64,000 nucleotides of DNA from Octopus vulgaris (GCA_951406725.2 OX597814.1:121768001-121832000); one strand, 5' to 3'. Shown: positions 12,690 to 26,750, counted from the first letter of the stretch. Notes: generated by a model not told the origin, from the letters alone. Translations and numbers: made by a program.

Positions 12690-13650
12690 GCCTGGCTGGT
12701 CGTAATGTCATACTTTCTTGTTGACGTATTTTCTTGTCTTTCCATTTCTCCTCTCTCTCTATGTCACTCTTTGTATTTCCTCTTTTATGGAACGTCGCCA
12801 ATCTCCACGGTTGCTGGCAACTGCTTCCCAGTTGGTAATATTGATGTTGCAGGCATTCATGTCCCTTTTGCAAACATCCTTGTATCGTAAGAACTGTTTC
12901 CCCCAGATCTAGTGCCCCTAGCAAGCTCTCCGTAGAGTATGTCCTTGGGGATTCTGCCATCTTCCATACGGCTAACATGTCCAAGCCATCTCATACGCCT
13001 TTGTGTGAGGAGTGCAAACATGCTTGGTATTCCTGCTTGCTTGAGGACATCTTTGTTGGGGACATGATTCTGCCATTTGATGCGAAGTATTTTCCGGAGG
13101 CAGCGCAGGTGAAAGATATTTAGGCGATGCTCTTGGCGTGAGTATGGCGTCCAAGTCTCACTTCCATACAGTAGAGTGCTAAGTACACATGCCTAGTAAA
13201 TCTTCATTTTTGTGGTCTTCGTCAGCTTATTGTTGTCCCATGCCCGTTTGGATATTTGGGCCATCACAGCAGCTGCCTTGCCAATGTGTATATTGAGCTC
13301 AGCATCAAGGGATAGGGTGTAGGTGAAGGTAGAGCTAAGATAGGTAAACGTCTCCCCCTCCTGTAGTCTGTGGTCTCCAATATGTATGTTTGGGATGTCC
13401 GATGTAGCCTGACCCATGATGTTGGTCTTCTTGAGGCTGATAACTAAGCCAAAGTCGCTACATGCTTGCTCAAAACAGTTGATGAGCCTTTGTAGGGCTT
13501 CTTCTGTGTGTGATACCAGAGCGGCATCATTAGCAAATAGCACCTCCTTGATCAGGACGCTTCTGATTTTGGTCTTGACATGCAGACGCGAGAGATTGAA
13601 CAGTTTCCCGTCACTTCTACTGTGCAGAAACACTCTATCATCTGATATCT
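12690..13650 (-). mobile_element. RTE-clade (BovB-like) LINE reverse-transcriptase fragment, pseudogenised
   Basis: RSDGKLFNLSRLHVKTK...LFANDAAL (FADD mutated to FAND)...FGLVISLKKT...FTYLSS...KMKIY*, then frameshifted LRWLGHV-type 3' region. Confidence 0.88.
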
Positions 13651-14691
13651 GAAACTAGACTATATATTATTCATATAGAAATACACTAAGAGGCTTCCAA
13701 ATAGGAAAGCGTTGCGCTAGAAAGAGCAGTAGAAATCTCAAGACCACAAAAAAGGATAAATTCACGAAATGAATGAAAATTAAAAACGTTTACCATCTCA
13801 ACTATTTCCCAGACCGCGGTTTCTAACTATTTCCAGCAAAAAATATTCGCTAAAGGCCAGTTTTCTTCAGTGGGACAGCCTTTAGATTTCAGACATACAG
13901 ACCGCCAGAAATACACTAAGAGGCTTCCAAATCGGAAAGCGTTGTGCTAGAAAGAGCAATTATGTATTTCTATATGAATAATATATAGTCTAATGACTAA
14001 TTCGTTTTTTGTGCTAGGCCTCTGATAATAATAATTTATCATTACCCTATTTTATTATGTTTAAATATTGTTTGATAAATTTGTTCGAAATTTTTACCGG
14101 CATCCTCTCTATCGCCGGGTATAATCTGCGTCTGCGCAGTGGTTTGAAAAGTTAGGATTTACAAACCGTTAGTTCTACATGTGGATCCACCGGTGTTTGT
14201 AATCGATGGTAACATGTGCGATGAATTTGCGATTATCTTCTATTTTACGGAGAAATTGGAAGCCCCGAATGTAAGCCACCACTTTATGCATAATTCAATA
14301 TTTATAGTTCTCTATTTCTAACTGAAATTCTGTCCTCAATAATTATAGATATCTATTTCAAAATGTAATTCTTGTTCTTCTCGTTCAGCTTATAACTATA
14401 ACACGCATTTTTGTCTAGCTTTTTTTCTCCAGCGTTCACCACTCCACCTCGTTAGGGTTAAACAGCCCTTACCGAATCTTTTCACTGTTTTTGTTAGCAG
14501 CTTTGACGTTCCACGTATCTCAAATTTTATTTAATTTGCTTTGGGAGAGCAATTACTTTGACGAAGACGCATCTCGTTGCAATGCTCGCAATGCGGAGTA
14601 GGTAAAACTGCCAACAATTGAGAAAGGTTTGTTTTTTTTATACTGCCTTCGCGCTATAGTTGTCTATATATAATTGAAATTCTCTTTCTTT

Positions 14692-14767
14692 CAAGCCAAG
14701 CCAAGCCAAGCCAAGCCAAGCCAAGCCAGGCCAAGCCAAGCCAAGTCAAGCCAAGTCAAGCCAAGCC
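14692..14767. repeat. (CCAAG)n pentanucleotide repeat
   Basis: About 15 copies seen directly. Confidence 0.95.
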
Positions 14768-14790
14768 CTTTGTTACAGTGATACCAATGC

Positions 14791-15498
14791 CATAGCGGGC
14801 TCTGGTCGCCATAGCGTCGACTGTGGGCCGGTGGCTATGTACAGTCGCCTCGATATCGCCCAGAGCGAGCTCTGGTTGCCATAGCGTCGACTGTGGGCCG
14901 GTGGCTATGTACAGTCGCCTCGATATCGCCCAGAGCGAGCTCTGGTTGCCATAGCGTCGACTGTGGGCCGGTGGCTGTGTACAGTCACATCGATGTCACC
15001 CAGAGCGAGCTCTGGTCGCCATAGCGTCGACTGTGGGCCGGTGGCTGTGTACAGTCGCCTCGATGTCGCCTAGAGCGAGCTCTGGTCGCCATAGCGTCGA
15101 CTGTGGGCCGGTGGCTGTGTACAGTCGCCTCGATGTCGCCTAGAGCGAGCTCTGGTCGCCATAGCGTCGACTGTGGGCCGGTGGCTGTGTACAGTCGCCT
15201 CGATGTCGCCCAGAGCGAGCTCTGGTCGACATAGCGTCAACTGTGGGCCGATGGCTGTGTACAGTCGCCTCGATGTTGCCTAGAGCGAGCTCTGGTCGCC
15301 ATAGCGTCGACTGTGGGCCGGTGGATGTGTACAGTCGCCTCGATGTCGCCCAGAGCGAGCTCTGGTTGCCATAGCGTCGACTGTGGGCCGATGGCTGTGT
15401 ACAGTCGCCTCGATGTCGCCTAGAGCGAGCTCTGGTCGCCATAGCGTCGACTGTGGACCGGTGGCTGTGTACAGTCGCCTCGATGCCGCCCAGAGCGA
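14791..15498. repeat. GC-rich 70-bp minisatellite, 10 full copies plus a partial
   Basis: Unit cagagcgagctctggtcgccatagcgtcgactgtgggccggtggctgtgtacagtcgcctcgatgtcgcc starts at 14791, 14861, ... 15421, 15491. Confidence 0.97.
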
Positions 15499-15763
15499 AG
15501 TTTGAATGAAATTGGTTGTGTAGGTCTCAAGTTTTGGGGATTCACACAGACAAACACATTCTCAGTGTTATATATATAGATATATGTGTATGTATATACA
15601 TATACATATACGTACTTATAAAAACACACACATGCATTGAATTGAATAGAATGAATTGTGAAGAGCACTCAATGCATGTAGTAGGGTAATGTTTTATTGA
15701 AATTTACATTGTATCTCATTGACTTGAGTTTTATACCAGGGAGATCTTCAAGCGAGAACTCTT

Positions 15764-17133
15764 TCGGTTGTTTATACATTTTTGTCAACGTTGATGTGAT
15801 CTCTTGCTTATGACTTTTCGGTTGTGTGCATTTTGTGTTTATGCCTGTTTGTTATTTTTCTGTGATTCAATTGTAATTTTTTTCTTCTAACGAGACATAT
15901 TTTTAACTTACTTATACATTCTACATTAATTATTGTATTGATGACTGTTTTTGTTAGAGCTTTTTGTTAGTTTTTCAATTGTTAGGGTATTTTCACAATG
16001 TTTCTGAGTTAGCTTCCCTGAAACAAATTATGTGTTCCGTTAGGAAATATTCTGTTGTGGTTCTCATTGCTTGTGTATATTTCAAAGGGAGCATGCTTTG
16101 GCAAGTTTCATTTTTGTGTGTATGTGTACAAGTGTACAGGTGGTTATGCACGAGTGATTGTTTTCTGACGTAAATACTGTTCATGTGTGTATCAAGTTGA
16201 TTGGTTATGGCTAGTATAGTAAGTCATGAACCTGTATGAAAATATATGCATGTATGAGTGTGTGTGTGCGCGCGTGTGTGTGTATATATGTACTTACACA
16301 TACGAGTTCCTAAGCCTGGGTAGAAGAAAATGCAGGAAAATCAATTAATTTTTATTTTATTCAACATATTCACAAACTTATTCTAGCGGCCCTTTATTTT
16401 TTTTTAAGCCCTGTAAAAGAACTCGGGAAGTTGAACTGCCAATTAGGCCTTTCACGATAGCCTTCAAGCTTGGAATTTTACAGCACACCCTTGTATATGT
16501 ATGTGTGTACGAATATTATTATTTGTAAACAACGTGGAAAGGACGTGCACAACAAATGGCGTACGACATATTGTTTATTACTCTGAGCTTTCGCTACTCG
16601 ACTTTCACGCTTCATGAGCTTCAGGTGTCGATGTTTTTAGACCTTTCAAACTAGATTTGGTATACAATAACTATTTTTGTGTGTAGCTATACTTTTTTTT
16701 TAGTGAGAATATTTCTTTTGTTTTTTTAGTCTTTTATTTATATTTTCATTTGTGTAATTAAGTATTTCATGCGAGAGAGATATAAAATGATAGTGGGGAG
16801 AATGAGTTTGTGTTTGCGTGAATCTGTATTTAATTTGTTTAATTTGAAAGGTAGAGTGTGAATGTTTCTAATTTACCGTTTCATTTTCCATATATTTCGA
16901 CTTTTGTGTATATGTACGAATCATGGACAGCATACAACTGATGCATTAAAATGTTGCCGGCCTTTAACAATCAGACACTCCAGAAAAAAAAAACTATTTT
17001 ATTCACTATATAGGATTACTTATATAGGAATCATCCCTCGAACCAACACCAGCGGAATTGAACCCACACTTTACAAGGAACAACTGAGATGTTTAAGAAA
17101 TATCATGCGCCCGTCTGACTCATGCAGAAACTC

Positions 17134-17178
<45 letters not shown>

Positions 17179-19174
17179 CACACACGTACATGTAACCAGA
17201 TTACAATTTTAAAAAATACACTACAAATTTGAGAGATTTATCTAATATGAAGATTCTTGTCAGCATTACAGACAATGACAGCAAGTTACTTGAACATCAA
17301 TGACTACAACTTAAGGTCTGCTAGTGATATTCAAAATAAAATAAATTATTCACAAACCTTAATTACTTTCTCCTTAATTACTGAATGTATAACACGATCG
17401 TTTTATTAATGCTGGTAACTATCGGTTGTTTATACATTTTTGTCAACGTTGATGTGATCTCCTGCTTATGACTTTTCGGTTGTGTGCATTCTGTGTTTAT
17501 GCCTGTTTGTTATTTTTCTGTGATTCAATTGTAATTTTTTTTCTTCTAACGAGACATATTTTTAATTTACTTATACATTCTACATTAATTATTGTATTGA
17601 TGACTGTTTTTGTTAGAGCTTTTTGTTAGTTTTTCAATTGTTAGGGTATTTTCACAATGTTTCTGAGTTAGCTTCCCGAAACAAATTATGTGTTCCGTTA
17701 GGAAATATTCTGTTGTGGTTCTCATTGCTTGTGTATATTTCAAAGGGAGCATGCTTTGGCAAGTTTCATTTTTGTGTGTATGTGTGCAAGTGTACAGGTG
17801 GTTATGCACGAGTGATTGTTTTCTGACGTAAATACTGTTCATGTGTGTATCAAGTTGATTGGTTATAGCTAGAATACTAAGTCATGAACCTGTATGAAAA
17901 TATATGTATGTATGAGTGTGATTGTGTGCGCGCGCGCGCGCGTACTGTGTGTATATGTACTTACACATACGAGTTCCTAAGCCTGGGTAGAAGAAAATGC
18001 AGGAAAATCAATTAATTTTTATTTTATTCAACATATTCACAAACTTATTTTAGCGGCCCTTTATTTTTTTTTAAGCTCTGTAAAAGAACTCGGGAAGTTG
18101 GACTGCCAATCAGGCCTTTCACGATAGCCTTCAAGCTTGGAATTTTACAGCACACCCTTGTATATGTATGTGTACGAATATTATTATTTGTAAACATACG
18201 TGGAAAGGACGTGCACAACAAATGGCGTACGACATATTGTTTATTACTCTGAGCTTTCGCTACTTGACTCTCACGCTTCATGAGCTTCAGGTGTCGATGT
18301 TTTTAGACCTTTCAAACTAGATTTGGTATACAATAACTATTTTTGTGTGTAGCTATACTTTTTTTTTAGTGAGAATATTTCTTTTGTTTTTTTAGTCTGT
18401 TAGTTATATTTTCATTTGTGTAATTAAGTATTTCATGCGAGAGAGATATAAAATGATAGTGGGGAGAATGAGTTTGTGTTTGCGTGAATCTGTATTTAAT
18501 TTGTTTAATTTGAAAGGTAGAGTGTGAATGTTTCTAATCTACCGTTTCATTTTCCATATATTTCGACTTTTGTGTATATGTACGAATCATGGACAGCATA
18601 CAACTGATGCATTAAAATGTTGCATACTGAACACTAATTCTCCAAGCCAGCACTAGCATTGCGAAGGGAAAAAAAACATGCAAAGATCATTTCCAGCACA
18701 TGCAGAATCGGTGCAAGAATACCAGTGCAAGAAAACTGTAAAAGGTTGCATGTGCCGCCGCTTAATCATAACCAATGATAAAACGGTTATACACTACAAC
18801 GGAAAAGAAGCGAACACACAAAGAATAGTGCACGCTGTATGAAAAATCTCCGGGAACAACCAAACGCAACTATGAATGCACAAATGCCCCATGTCGGCAT
18901 GTAGAAGCCGAATCAGTTTGCACGCACACACACAGCCACAATTTCTGTCTCAGGGTTCATAATCACAGTGCACATCACTACAAATTTGAGAGATTTATCT
19001 AATATGAAGATTCTTGTCAGCATTACAGACAATGACAGCAAGTTACTTGAACATCAATGACTACAACGAAGTATCGATATCTGTTGTTCTCGATATTTAT
19101 TCACAAACCTTAATTACTTTCTCCTTAATTACTGAATGTATAACACGATCGTTTTATTAATGCTGGTAACTATC
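15764..19174 (+). repeat. local tandem duplication A-X-B / A'-Y-B'
   Basis: 15764-16957 matches 17422-18623 and 17219-17423 matches 18976-19174; the middles are unrelated. Confidence 0.92.
16300..16495. mobile_element. mariner-type MITE remnant (second copy 17968-18162)
   Basis: tacgagttcctaagcc...ttttacagcacacccttgta, TA-bounded, degenerate TIR. Confidence 0.45.
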
Positions 19175-19233
19175 CAGCTTTATACACTATAACCTAAAAG
19201 CGTTTAACAACAGACATATTTTTCACGTGACAT

Positions 19234-19278
<45 letters not shown>

Positions 19279-19679
19279 GAGAAGAGGACAACACCTCTGT
19301 TTCCAAGATTTGACGATACCTTGCTATTCAAAAATAATAAAATCATTGTGTATCACAAAATATTACTATATTATCAAAGAAACCAATAGCTTTGGCAATT
19401 AATTATTCGCACCATTCTGAAGAAAAATGTATAACAACTAAATAATAAGATATCATATGAATTCAAAGACAAAGGGAGAGGCAATTATGCGTACGTTTTT
19501 ATAAATATCGCTAATAAGCAAAAACTGTTACTGGAGTTTCTTTCACATCATGGTTAAGAGGTTGAATGAAAGACAAAATGTTTATAATGAAATGATATTT
19601 GATTTCTTGAAGAAAAAAAATATAATCATCTCATTTGTATGTAGAGAGAAGCGAAATGTATTTCTAGTTAAATAGAACG

Positions 19680-19866
19680 GGACAAACAAAGACAGACAAA
19701 GGGATTACATCGACCCCAGTGCGTAATTGGTACTTTACTTATCGACTCCTAAAGGATGAAAGGCAAAGTAGTCCTCGGCGGAATTTGAACTCAGAACGTA
19801 ACGGCAAATGAAATACTGCTAAGCATTTCGCCCAGCGCGCCAACGTTTCTGCCAGCTCGCCGCCAT
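19680..19866 (-). mobile_element. SINE family B
   Basis: aaaggatgaaaggcaaagt...gaatttgaactcagaacgt...ctgccagctcgccgcc. Confidence 0.85.
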
Positions 19867-22800
19867 TTTCCGCCATTTTCGTTCAAAAATTCATCAGAGA
19901 ATTTTAAGTATGACAAATGAAATCGTATATTTAAAGTGAAAGAAGACACGAAGGTTTGAATTTGCAAATTCGAATTTCGATACAGAAGAAAATGTTTTTA
20001 AATTTTTAAAACCCAGAGCGTATAAGGTGAAAATAAATAGTTAATCATAATTTCCAAAATTTAATTTCTTAGAAATCCCCAAAGTTGTTGAATCGCCTAT
20101 AGAGAAGACGAAGCTTTCCAAAATGTGTAATATGAACTGAAGACAAAAATAAACGTTGCGATCATTGCAACATAAATTAGATCAAATATCGAATGTGACT
20201 CTCATGTGTTGTCTGAAATGAACCTTTCTGAAGACTGCGTTAATGTTTTAATATTTTAGACTATTAACCTTTCAGAAAGCCATCTGTTAGATTTGTTTCA
20301 TCCTGTGCTTCTATCTTACAGCGTGTCTGTTAATTACAGACATAAGCCATATATTCTGATGGTACCTATTCATGACTTTGATCTATGGAAACAGCATCAG
20401 ATCAAAGCCACAATTATTGACATTTCGGTGAACAGACTGATATTATCGCCACAATCAGTTACAAGAATCTAAGGTGCTAAGAAGTATATATTCGCTTGAC
20501 GTAGCCTTTATGTGGTCATTCGATTAGATAGAAATAGTAGCCAAACCCCCTGTGTCATATATTTCTGATATTAATGATGGACAAATTTAAACAAATTTAC
20601 AAATTAATAGGTATGTCATCTTTGGAACACTCTCTCTCCATTATTAGTTTTTGTTATTGGTTCTCAGCGCTTTGTGCGATCGAAGTGTGTTCTGTTATGA
20701 CATTTGGTGTGGCTTGAGCGTGGAAAAAAATTAGAGTACATCTCTCTTTAGATCTGACCACAAGTGATTTCTTCAGGAAAGCCAGCAAGAGAAAGAAGCG
20801 ATAGACGGGAGAAGAATCGACAACAGGCTGGACTATATTTCAATTACGTGCCCCCGAAAGAGATGGAATACAAAGTTAACCTCAGGATACATAGAACCGG
20901 AATGAATACTGCAAGACACTCTAACAAACATTCCATCGCCTCTGCCAATTCGCTTCTTAAAAGTTACTTCTCTGTAGTACGATGTAACTTCTAAGGCCGT
21001 TTACATAAATTTCTTCGGTCAAGATCCACCTAGAGCTAAACCATAACGGCGTATTTCCTGGAGAGCTGAATTCTTAGTCCGATAAGTAAACGGTTGAATT
21101 TCGATAAGGTAAAGGAAGTTGTTTCAGAGATGAAATAAATCGACTTAGCTTTACCTACTTGATGATGGTTATTTCTAATACTAACAAAATGGGGAGGGGC
21201 TACTCTCAATTAATCAAACAGAGTACTCGACTATTGTTTATTTTAAGTATTCCTGAAGCATGAACGGAGGGAAAAAAAGACTTATCGACTCCGTTGGGAT
21301 TTGAGTTCTGAACATGAAGAGACGCATCCACGTACGAAAAAGCAATAACTCTGTCACTGCCGATTCTGTCGCACCACTAGTCATTAATAATATCATTATT
21401 TTTAATTGTTTGGAACCTTTACAACTTCATTTTATGAAGTAGTAGACTGAGATTGAGAAATTGGGTTGGCGTTGGACATAGAAAAACAAATTAAATAAGT
21501 GGTTTACGATATCTAGTCCACTATATCACTTTATCTAAATTTAGAATAGGTTAGGCTACATGCTCTTTCAGAAATTAAATGAGAAGAATCAGCGTCATAC
21601 ATTGAGAGACTTGTCTCCGTGTTTCAGTACATGGGTTGTAAGTGAACGATGTTCTCAACAAATCCCTGTGGAACATGAAAATAAATAAATCAACTTTTTG
21701 CTTCAAATAATGTTCATATCGTAGCCTGTTTAACTGCGAAATTTCATTGTATTAAGTGATCTCTCATCTTCGCTTCCCTTTTAGCTTTACTGAATTTTAC
21801 ATTGTTTTGTAGCTTTTTTTGTTTTTGCCTTTTTATATTTGATCTGAACTTCGCCACATTTTATAAGACTGCTCTTATGGATACATTCTCTACATATATA
21901 TTATACTAGCTTTAAATAAATATTAAATATATAGATGGACATTAAAAAAATATTCCAGACAAAATGAGTTCCTTTTTTAAAAGAAACGAAAATATATCTA
22001 GATCGATTCTTCTTCGAGTAATTCAGTGCCAAAATTGGTGCCAAAATGATATTAATGTGTCTGCAATGCGAAGAAATAGAAAAATAAATTCCGTATTTTT
22101 TCTACCTTTTTGTAGTAAGTTTTTATTACCTCTAGACAATTTTGTTTCGCAGTGATGTTTACTTTATTACTACATAGTAACAACAACAACTATAATAATA
22201 ATAATAATGTTTTCTTTGATAATAATGATAATAGTTTCATTTATTTGCCACCAGGGCCCATTCATTCGTATAAAACTGTGTTACAAGATGGTTACAGAAA
22301 GCGTGGAGATGTACGCAATTATATAGAAGCCAGGTGGGGACATCAGACAATGTATACAGACGTATTAAAAGACCGATTCAAATAATTACAGATCAGATAC
22401 CAAGAATAGACATATGTGCGTGTGTCTATGTGTGTATATATGCATATATCTGCCTGAATATATATATACATTATATGTATATATCTAATGGAGTCGTACA
22501 TATACCCATATAATATGTAACCGGAACATTACAACTCTATTCTCTCTCACTATCATACATTCTTTCTTTCTTCCCTCCTCTCTCCCTCCCTCTCTCCCCC
22601 CTCTCTCTCTCTCTGAAGAAGAAAAAGAGAACTTATATCACACACTACACCTCATACCAGACATTCTTTAACATAATGAAATAGATAGTAACTCATACCT
22701 ATTGTTGCCGCTTACAAAAAACACCGCGCAAAAGAAAAGAAAAAGTTTGAGCGAGAGAAGGAGAGAACGTTTCGTTTCTCTGATGCAAGTGTATCGTCTG

Positions 22801-24223
22801 GGCTTTCTGTATCAGTGTCTAACAATATTTCTCATATGGAAGGCAAAATGATACTCTACCTTCCCAGCCGAATGCCACAGCGGGCCATCGACGTAGACAC
22901 TGAAGTTTTACTGCGGCAGTAGTTATTTCGCTCACCCCTAAAATATTGAACAAAGTATCGCTTCAATGTTGCATACATCTACTTGCAATAGAGTTGTACT
23001 ATTTTCTTTCCGACAAAGATGGAGCTTGGACTATATTCCTGCTGTACACCCCTTCCATTCAAGCTTTCGATTCAACGTGACTTAGAACATATACTGACTT
23101 CGAGCACATACTCTCATTCTGATGATGCAAACTTTAAATTTTTTATTGTAGAAATTGCTGAAAGCCAATTTCGTTGTTAGCTCGTTGGTAGTCAAGCATT
23201 TTCTAAACACTTCTTCTAATTTGTTCACTAGCGCCTTCTCCAAACTATTTTTTCTATTGTTACGTCTTTGCTAAATCCTATCGATTTTTCTCTAATCATT
23301 CTTGTTGCTTGCTCCGCCACTTGTTGATTGCTCCGCCAACTTCCGCGTTACTATTTCGTAACCCGGACACAGTAGTCATTTTACACCCATTTCGATGCGT
23401 TCTTCTTCCAGTAACCCAGCCCTATCTGGGTTGACCGTGCAGAAAGCAAACTAGTGATCTGTGTAACCGACTGATTCGTTATTTTTTATATTTTAGTCTG
23501 ACTGCTGGTCAATAAATGTGCAGTTAACATACTAGATCAATGACCCAATCTGGCTTATCTTTGTTCATACTGGAACATATGGCAAACTCAGTTGGTACAT
23601 GTCATACAGTTGGAAGAGTTTAATCAGTAAATTCAACGCAATTCCAGTTTGCATCACAAATCCCAATCCAATCTCAAGCTAGTACAAAAATCGGGGCTGT
23701 TCCCATGTAGGCTTTTAATCGCATAAAGAACTAATGCTACCTTTCCAACAATCGGAGCTTACATGACCATATCTGCAGACAGCACATTTCTTGTCGTTCA
23801 TATTTAGCACTACTGACTTATCGTCCAGATTCATAATACTCACATGACTTGGGAACAACTATGAAATGAATCATTGAGCAAAGATTTCAGGTCTCTATAA
23901 AAGAAGGGTATCCATCAGCATTATTAGATGACAGCAAATTATGCATATAGTTGTGGAGGTTGGGTGAGAGTATCGTGTGGAAAATATCATGAGCTCCGAT
24001 ACAGACGGGCGTCTTAAGGTTACGGTGATTGCATTTAAAGCAGTCCTATTTTTAATCAGAAGAACTCGGCGTTTCTTCGTGATATACATGTACATGCATA
24101 TGTATATATATATATATGTATATGTTTTGACATATGAGTGTGTGTGTGTGTGCATATGTATGTTTATATGTATGTGTGTATTCACATGTATACATATATA
24201 TGTATATGTATGTGTGTGTGTAT

Positions 24224-24458
<235 letters not shown>

Positions 24459-24996
24459 AGTACTCCGTTAGAAATAGTAATTTTCAATCGCTTGTACTCT
24501 TCAAAGTGCATTTTCGCCATTAATATAGTTGTACAGCATTATAGCATGAAGATGCTCTCACACACGTATACACGTGTAAATATGTGTGTGTGTGCGTATG
24601 TGCACGCGTGAGTGTGTGTGTGTATGTGAAGTCACTTTATAGCAATATGTAATTGTGATTTCCTTCTAATTCCCATGATGATAATAATAGCCAGAGCAGT
24701 ATCATGTTTTGTGTTCTAAGTGTGATTTTTTTACTTCCTGAAAAGAGATGTTTTCGTCAGTGGGGATTTAGTGGTTTTGACTAATAACATCAAAGATGTT
24801 ATTTTGTTTCAACCCTCATTCATATATCCCAAGAGTCTGTTGAATTTTTCATTTACTATCACTTTTTTTTTTCGGCATTAGTTAGTGTTTTATTTCTTTG
24901 CTAAAAATTATATGGTTTACAACATGTTACAAGTTAGTAAGCATTTTCATATCGGTTTAGTTTAGAATGATCACAGAATAGTTATAGTGAAATCAT

Positions 24997-25312
24997 TTTT
25001 TGTTCTTTTTTTGTGCGCTTTTCAAGCCTAGCCAGGCTCATGGGCCCGGTTTCCCGGTTTCTGTGGCGTATGTGTTCTCCTCAGCTGGACGGGACGCCAG
25101 TCCATCGCAGCGTTACTCAAGAAACAGGGAGAAAGAGTGAGAGAAAGTTGGGGCGGAAGAGTACAACAGGGGGCGCCACCATCCCCTGCCGGAGCTTTGT
25201 GGAGCTTTAGGTGTTTTCGCTCAAGAACATACACAACGCCCGGTCTGGGAATCGAAACAGCGATCCTCCGGCCGTGAGTCCGTTGCTCTAATCACTGGGC
25301 CATTGCGACTCC
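24997..25312 (-). mobile_element. tRNA-derived SINE family C, tail type 1 (octopus OR-type)
   Basis: tRNA-like head ggag.cgcaatggcccagtgattag...tttcgattcccagaccgggcg. 13-bp TSD atagtgaaatcat at 24984 and 25313. Confidence 0.85.
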
Positions 25313-26244
25313 ATAGTGAAATCATACTTAATAGTTATAACAAATTGGCAGAGTCAATAGAGTGGCAGAATGACTTATTTCCTCCTGTTCTGAGATAAAA
25401 TCCCGCCAAGACTGATATTATTCGACATCATTTCCAGAACGATAAATAAAGCAACACTGAGTTGTTGTTGTTGTTGTTGTTGTTGTTGTTCTTCTTCTTC
25501 TTCTTCTTCTTCTTCTTCTTCTTCTTCTTCTTCTTCTTCTTCTTCTTCTTCTTCTTCTTTCAATCTCTTGCTCTGGTGTACGATCGACGAAATTCCTTGT
25601 GATGAGACCACTAAAGTATTCAGCTCCATCAGTTTTAATATATCCAAAGTATGACATCTTTCACGACTGACAGAGAGAGGCCTTAGAAATCAAACCAGGA
25701 GTTGTAGGACCAAGAAAAGATGGAACAGGGGAGCATGCTTTAAAAAATATAGCTGCAAAATAATAATTCTATTGGGGTGACGACTTCCAAATATTTTTGG
25801 AAATTTACATCCAGTTGCAAGAGCTAATTATCTTGGACAGCGGAAAAAAGTCATATCCTTCGCATGGCTTTTTGAGTGTAATACAAAACTAATGATAAAA
25901 ACAAAGGCAATACATTCTTCTGATGTTAGCATTGATCGACCAAAAGATAAGGGCCATAAATCTGTGAATAAGTTCAAGGGTTGATTCGTGACAAGTAAAA
26001 TGTACAGAAAATTAAACTTCTGATGCAGGAAAAGATTTGGAGAATGTTGACAAATAGTCTTATGATATTTATGCGATGGACTTTCTGAAATTATTTCGCA
26101 TTATAATTCAAATGTTATTCAATTACAATAATAATAAATATGTAAACTCAATAAATACGTAATAAACTATTAAATAATATTTTCACGTGGTGAACTCGAT
26201 TGACCTTCGATAAAAAATATTTTTGTTATGTATCTTTGCATCAA

Positions 26245-26306
<62 letters not shown>

Positions 26307-26313
26307 ATAATAA

Positions 26314-26368
<55 letters not shown>

Positions 26369-26469
26369 TATTGTTGGTGTTCTTGTGGTTCTTATTTCTG
26401 GCGGCGTTGTAGCGTTCGTACTCGTTGCATATTATTGTATTAGAAATAGGAATATGATTAAGTATGAAG

Positions 26470-26516
<47 letters not shown>

Positions 26517-26704
26517 AGGTACTCTTGTTGAGAATACAGCTTTAAAATAGCGCAAATATGTCATTGCATTCTGCACAACAACCTGATGGGATTAGCTTCA
26601 ACAAATGTCACAAGCCTTCACCGTCAGCATTGACATGACTATTGACAATGGAGATTTCAGCCACAAAAAGCAGCAGCAGCAGCAGTAGTAGTAGTAGCAG
26701 CAGC

Positions 26705-26750
<46 letters not shown>
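26245..26750. repeat. (TAG)n / (CTA)n / (CAG,TAG)n trinucleotide cluster
   Basis: TAG 26245-26368, CTA 26470-26515, CAG/TAG 26670-26750. Confidence 0.95.

Larger units (their letters stand above)
12120..15580 (-). mobile_element. putative non-autonomous Helitron with nested cargo
   Basis: 5' A|TCTATATATATAACACTGAGAATGTGTTTGTCTG at 15580. 3' CGGGCAACGCCGGGTATCTCTGCTAG|T ending at 12120 (GC-rich subterminal motif plus CTAG, A/T target). Pairing the two ends into one element is inferred. Confidence 0.6.

Noticed and set aside
14791-15498. CRISPR-like array or repetitive protein (ORFs 15140-15442, 15420-15668)
   Set aside because: Units are contiguous with no unique spacers, there are no cas genes, and the 70-nt unit is not a multiple of three.
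22800-24070. LINE ORF1 (zinc-knuckle-like) and endonuclease remnants on minus
   Set aside because: Only faint motif resemblance with many stops; cannot be supported.
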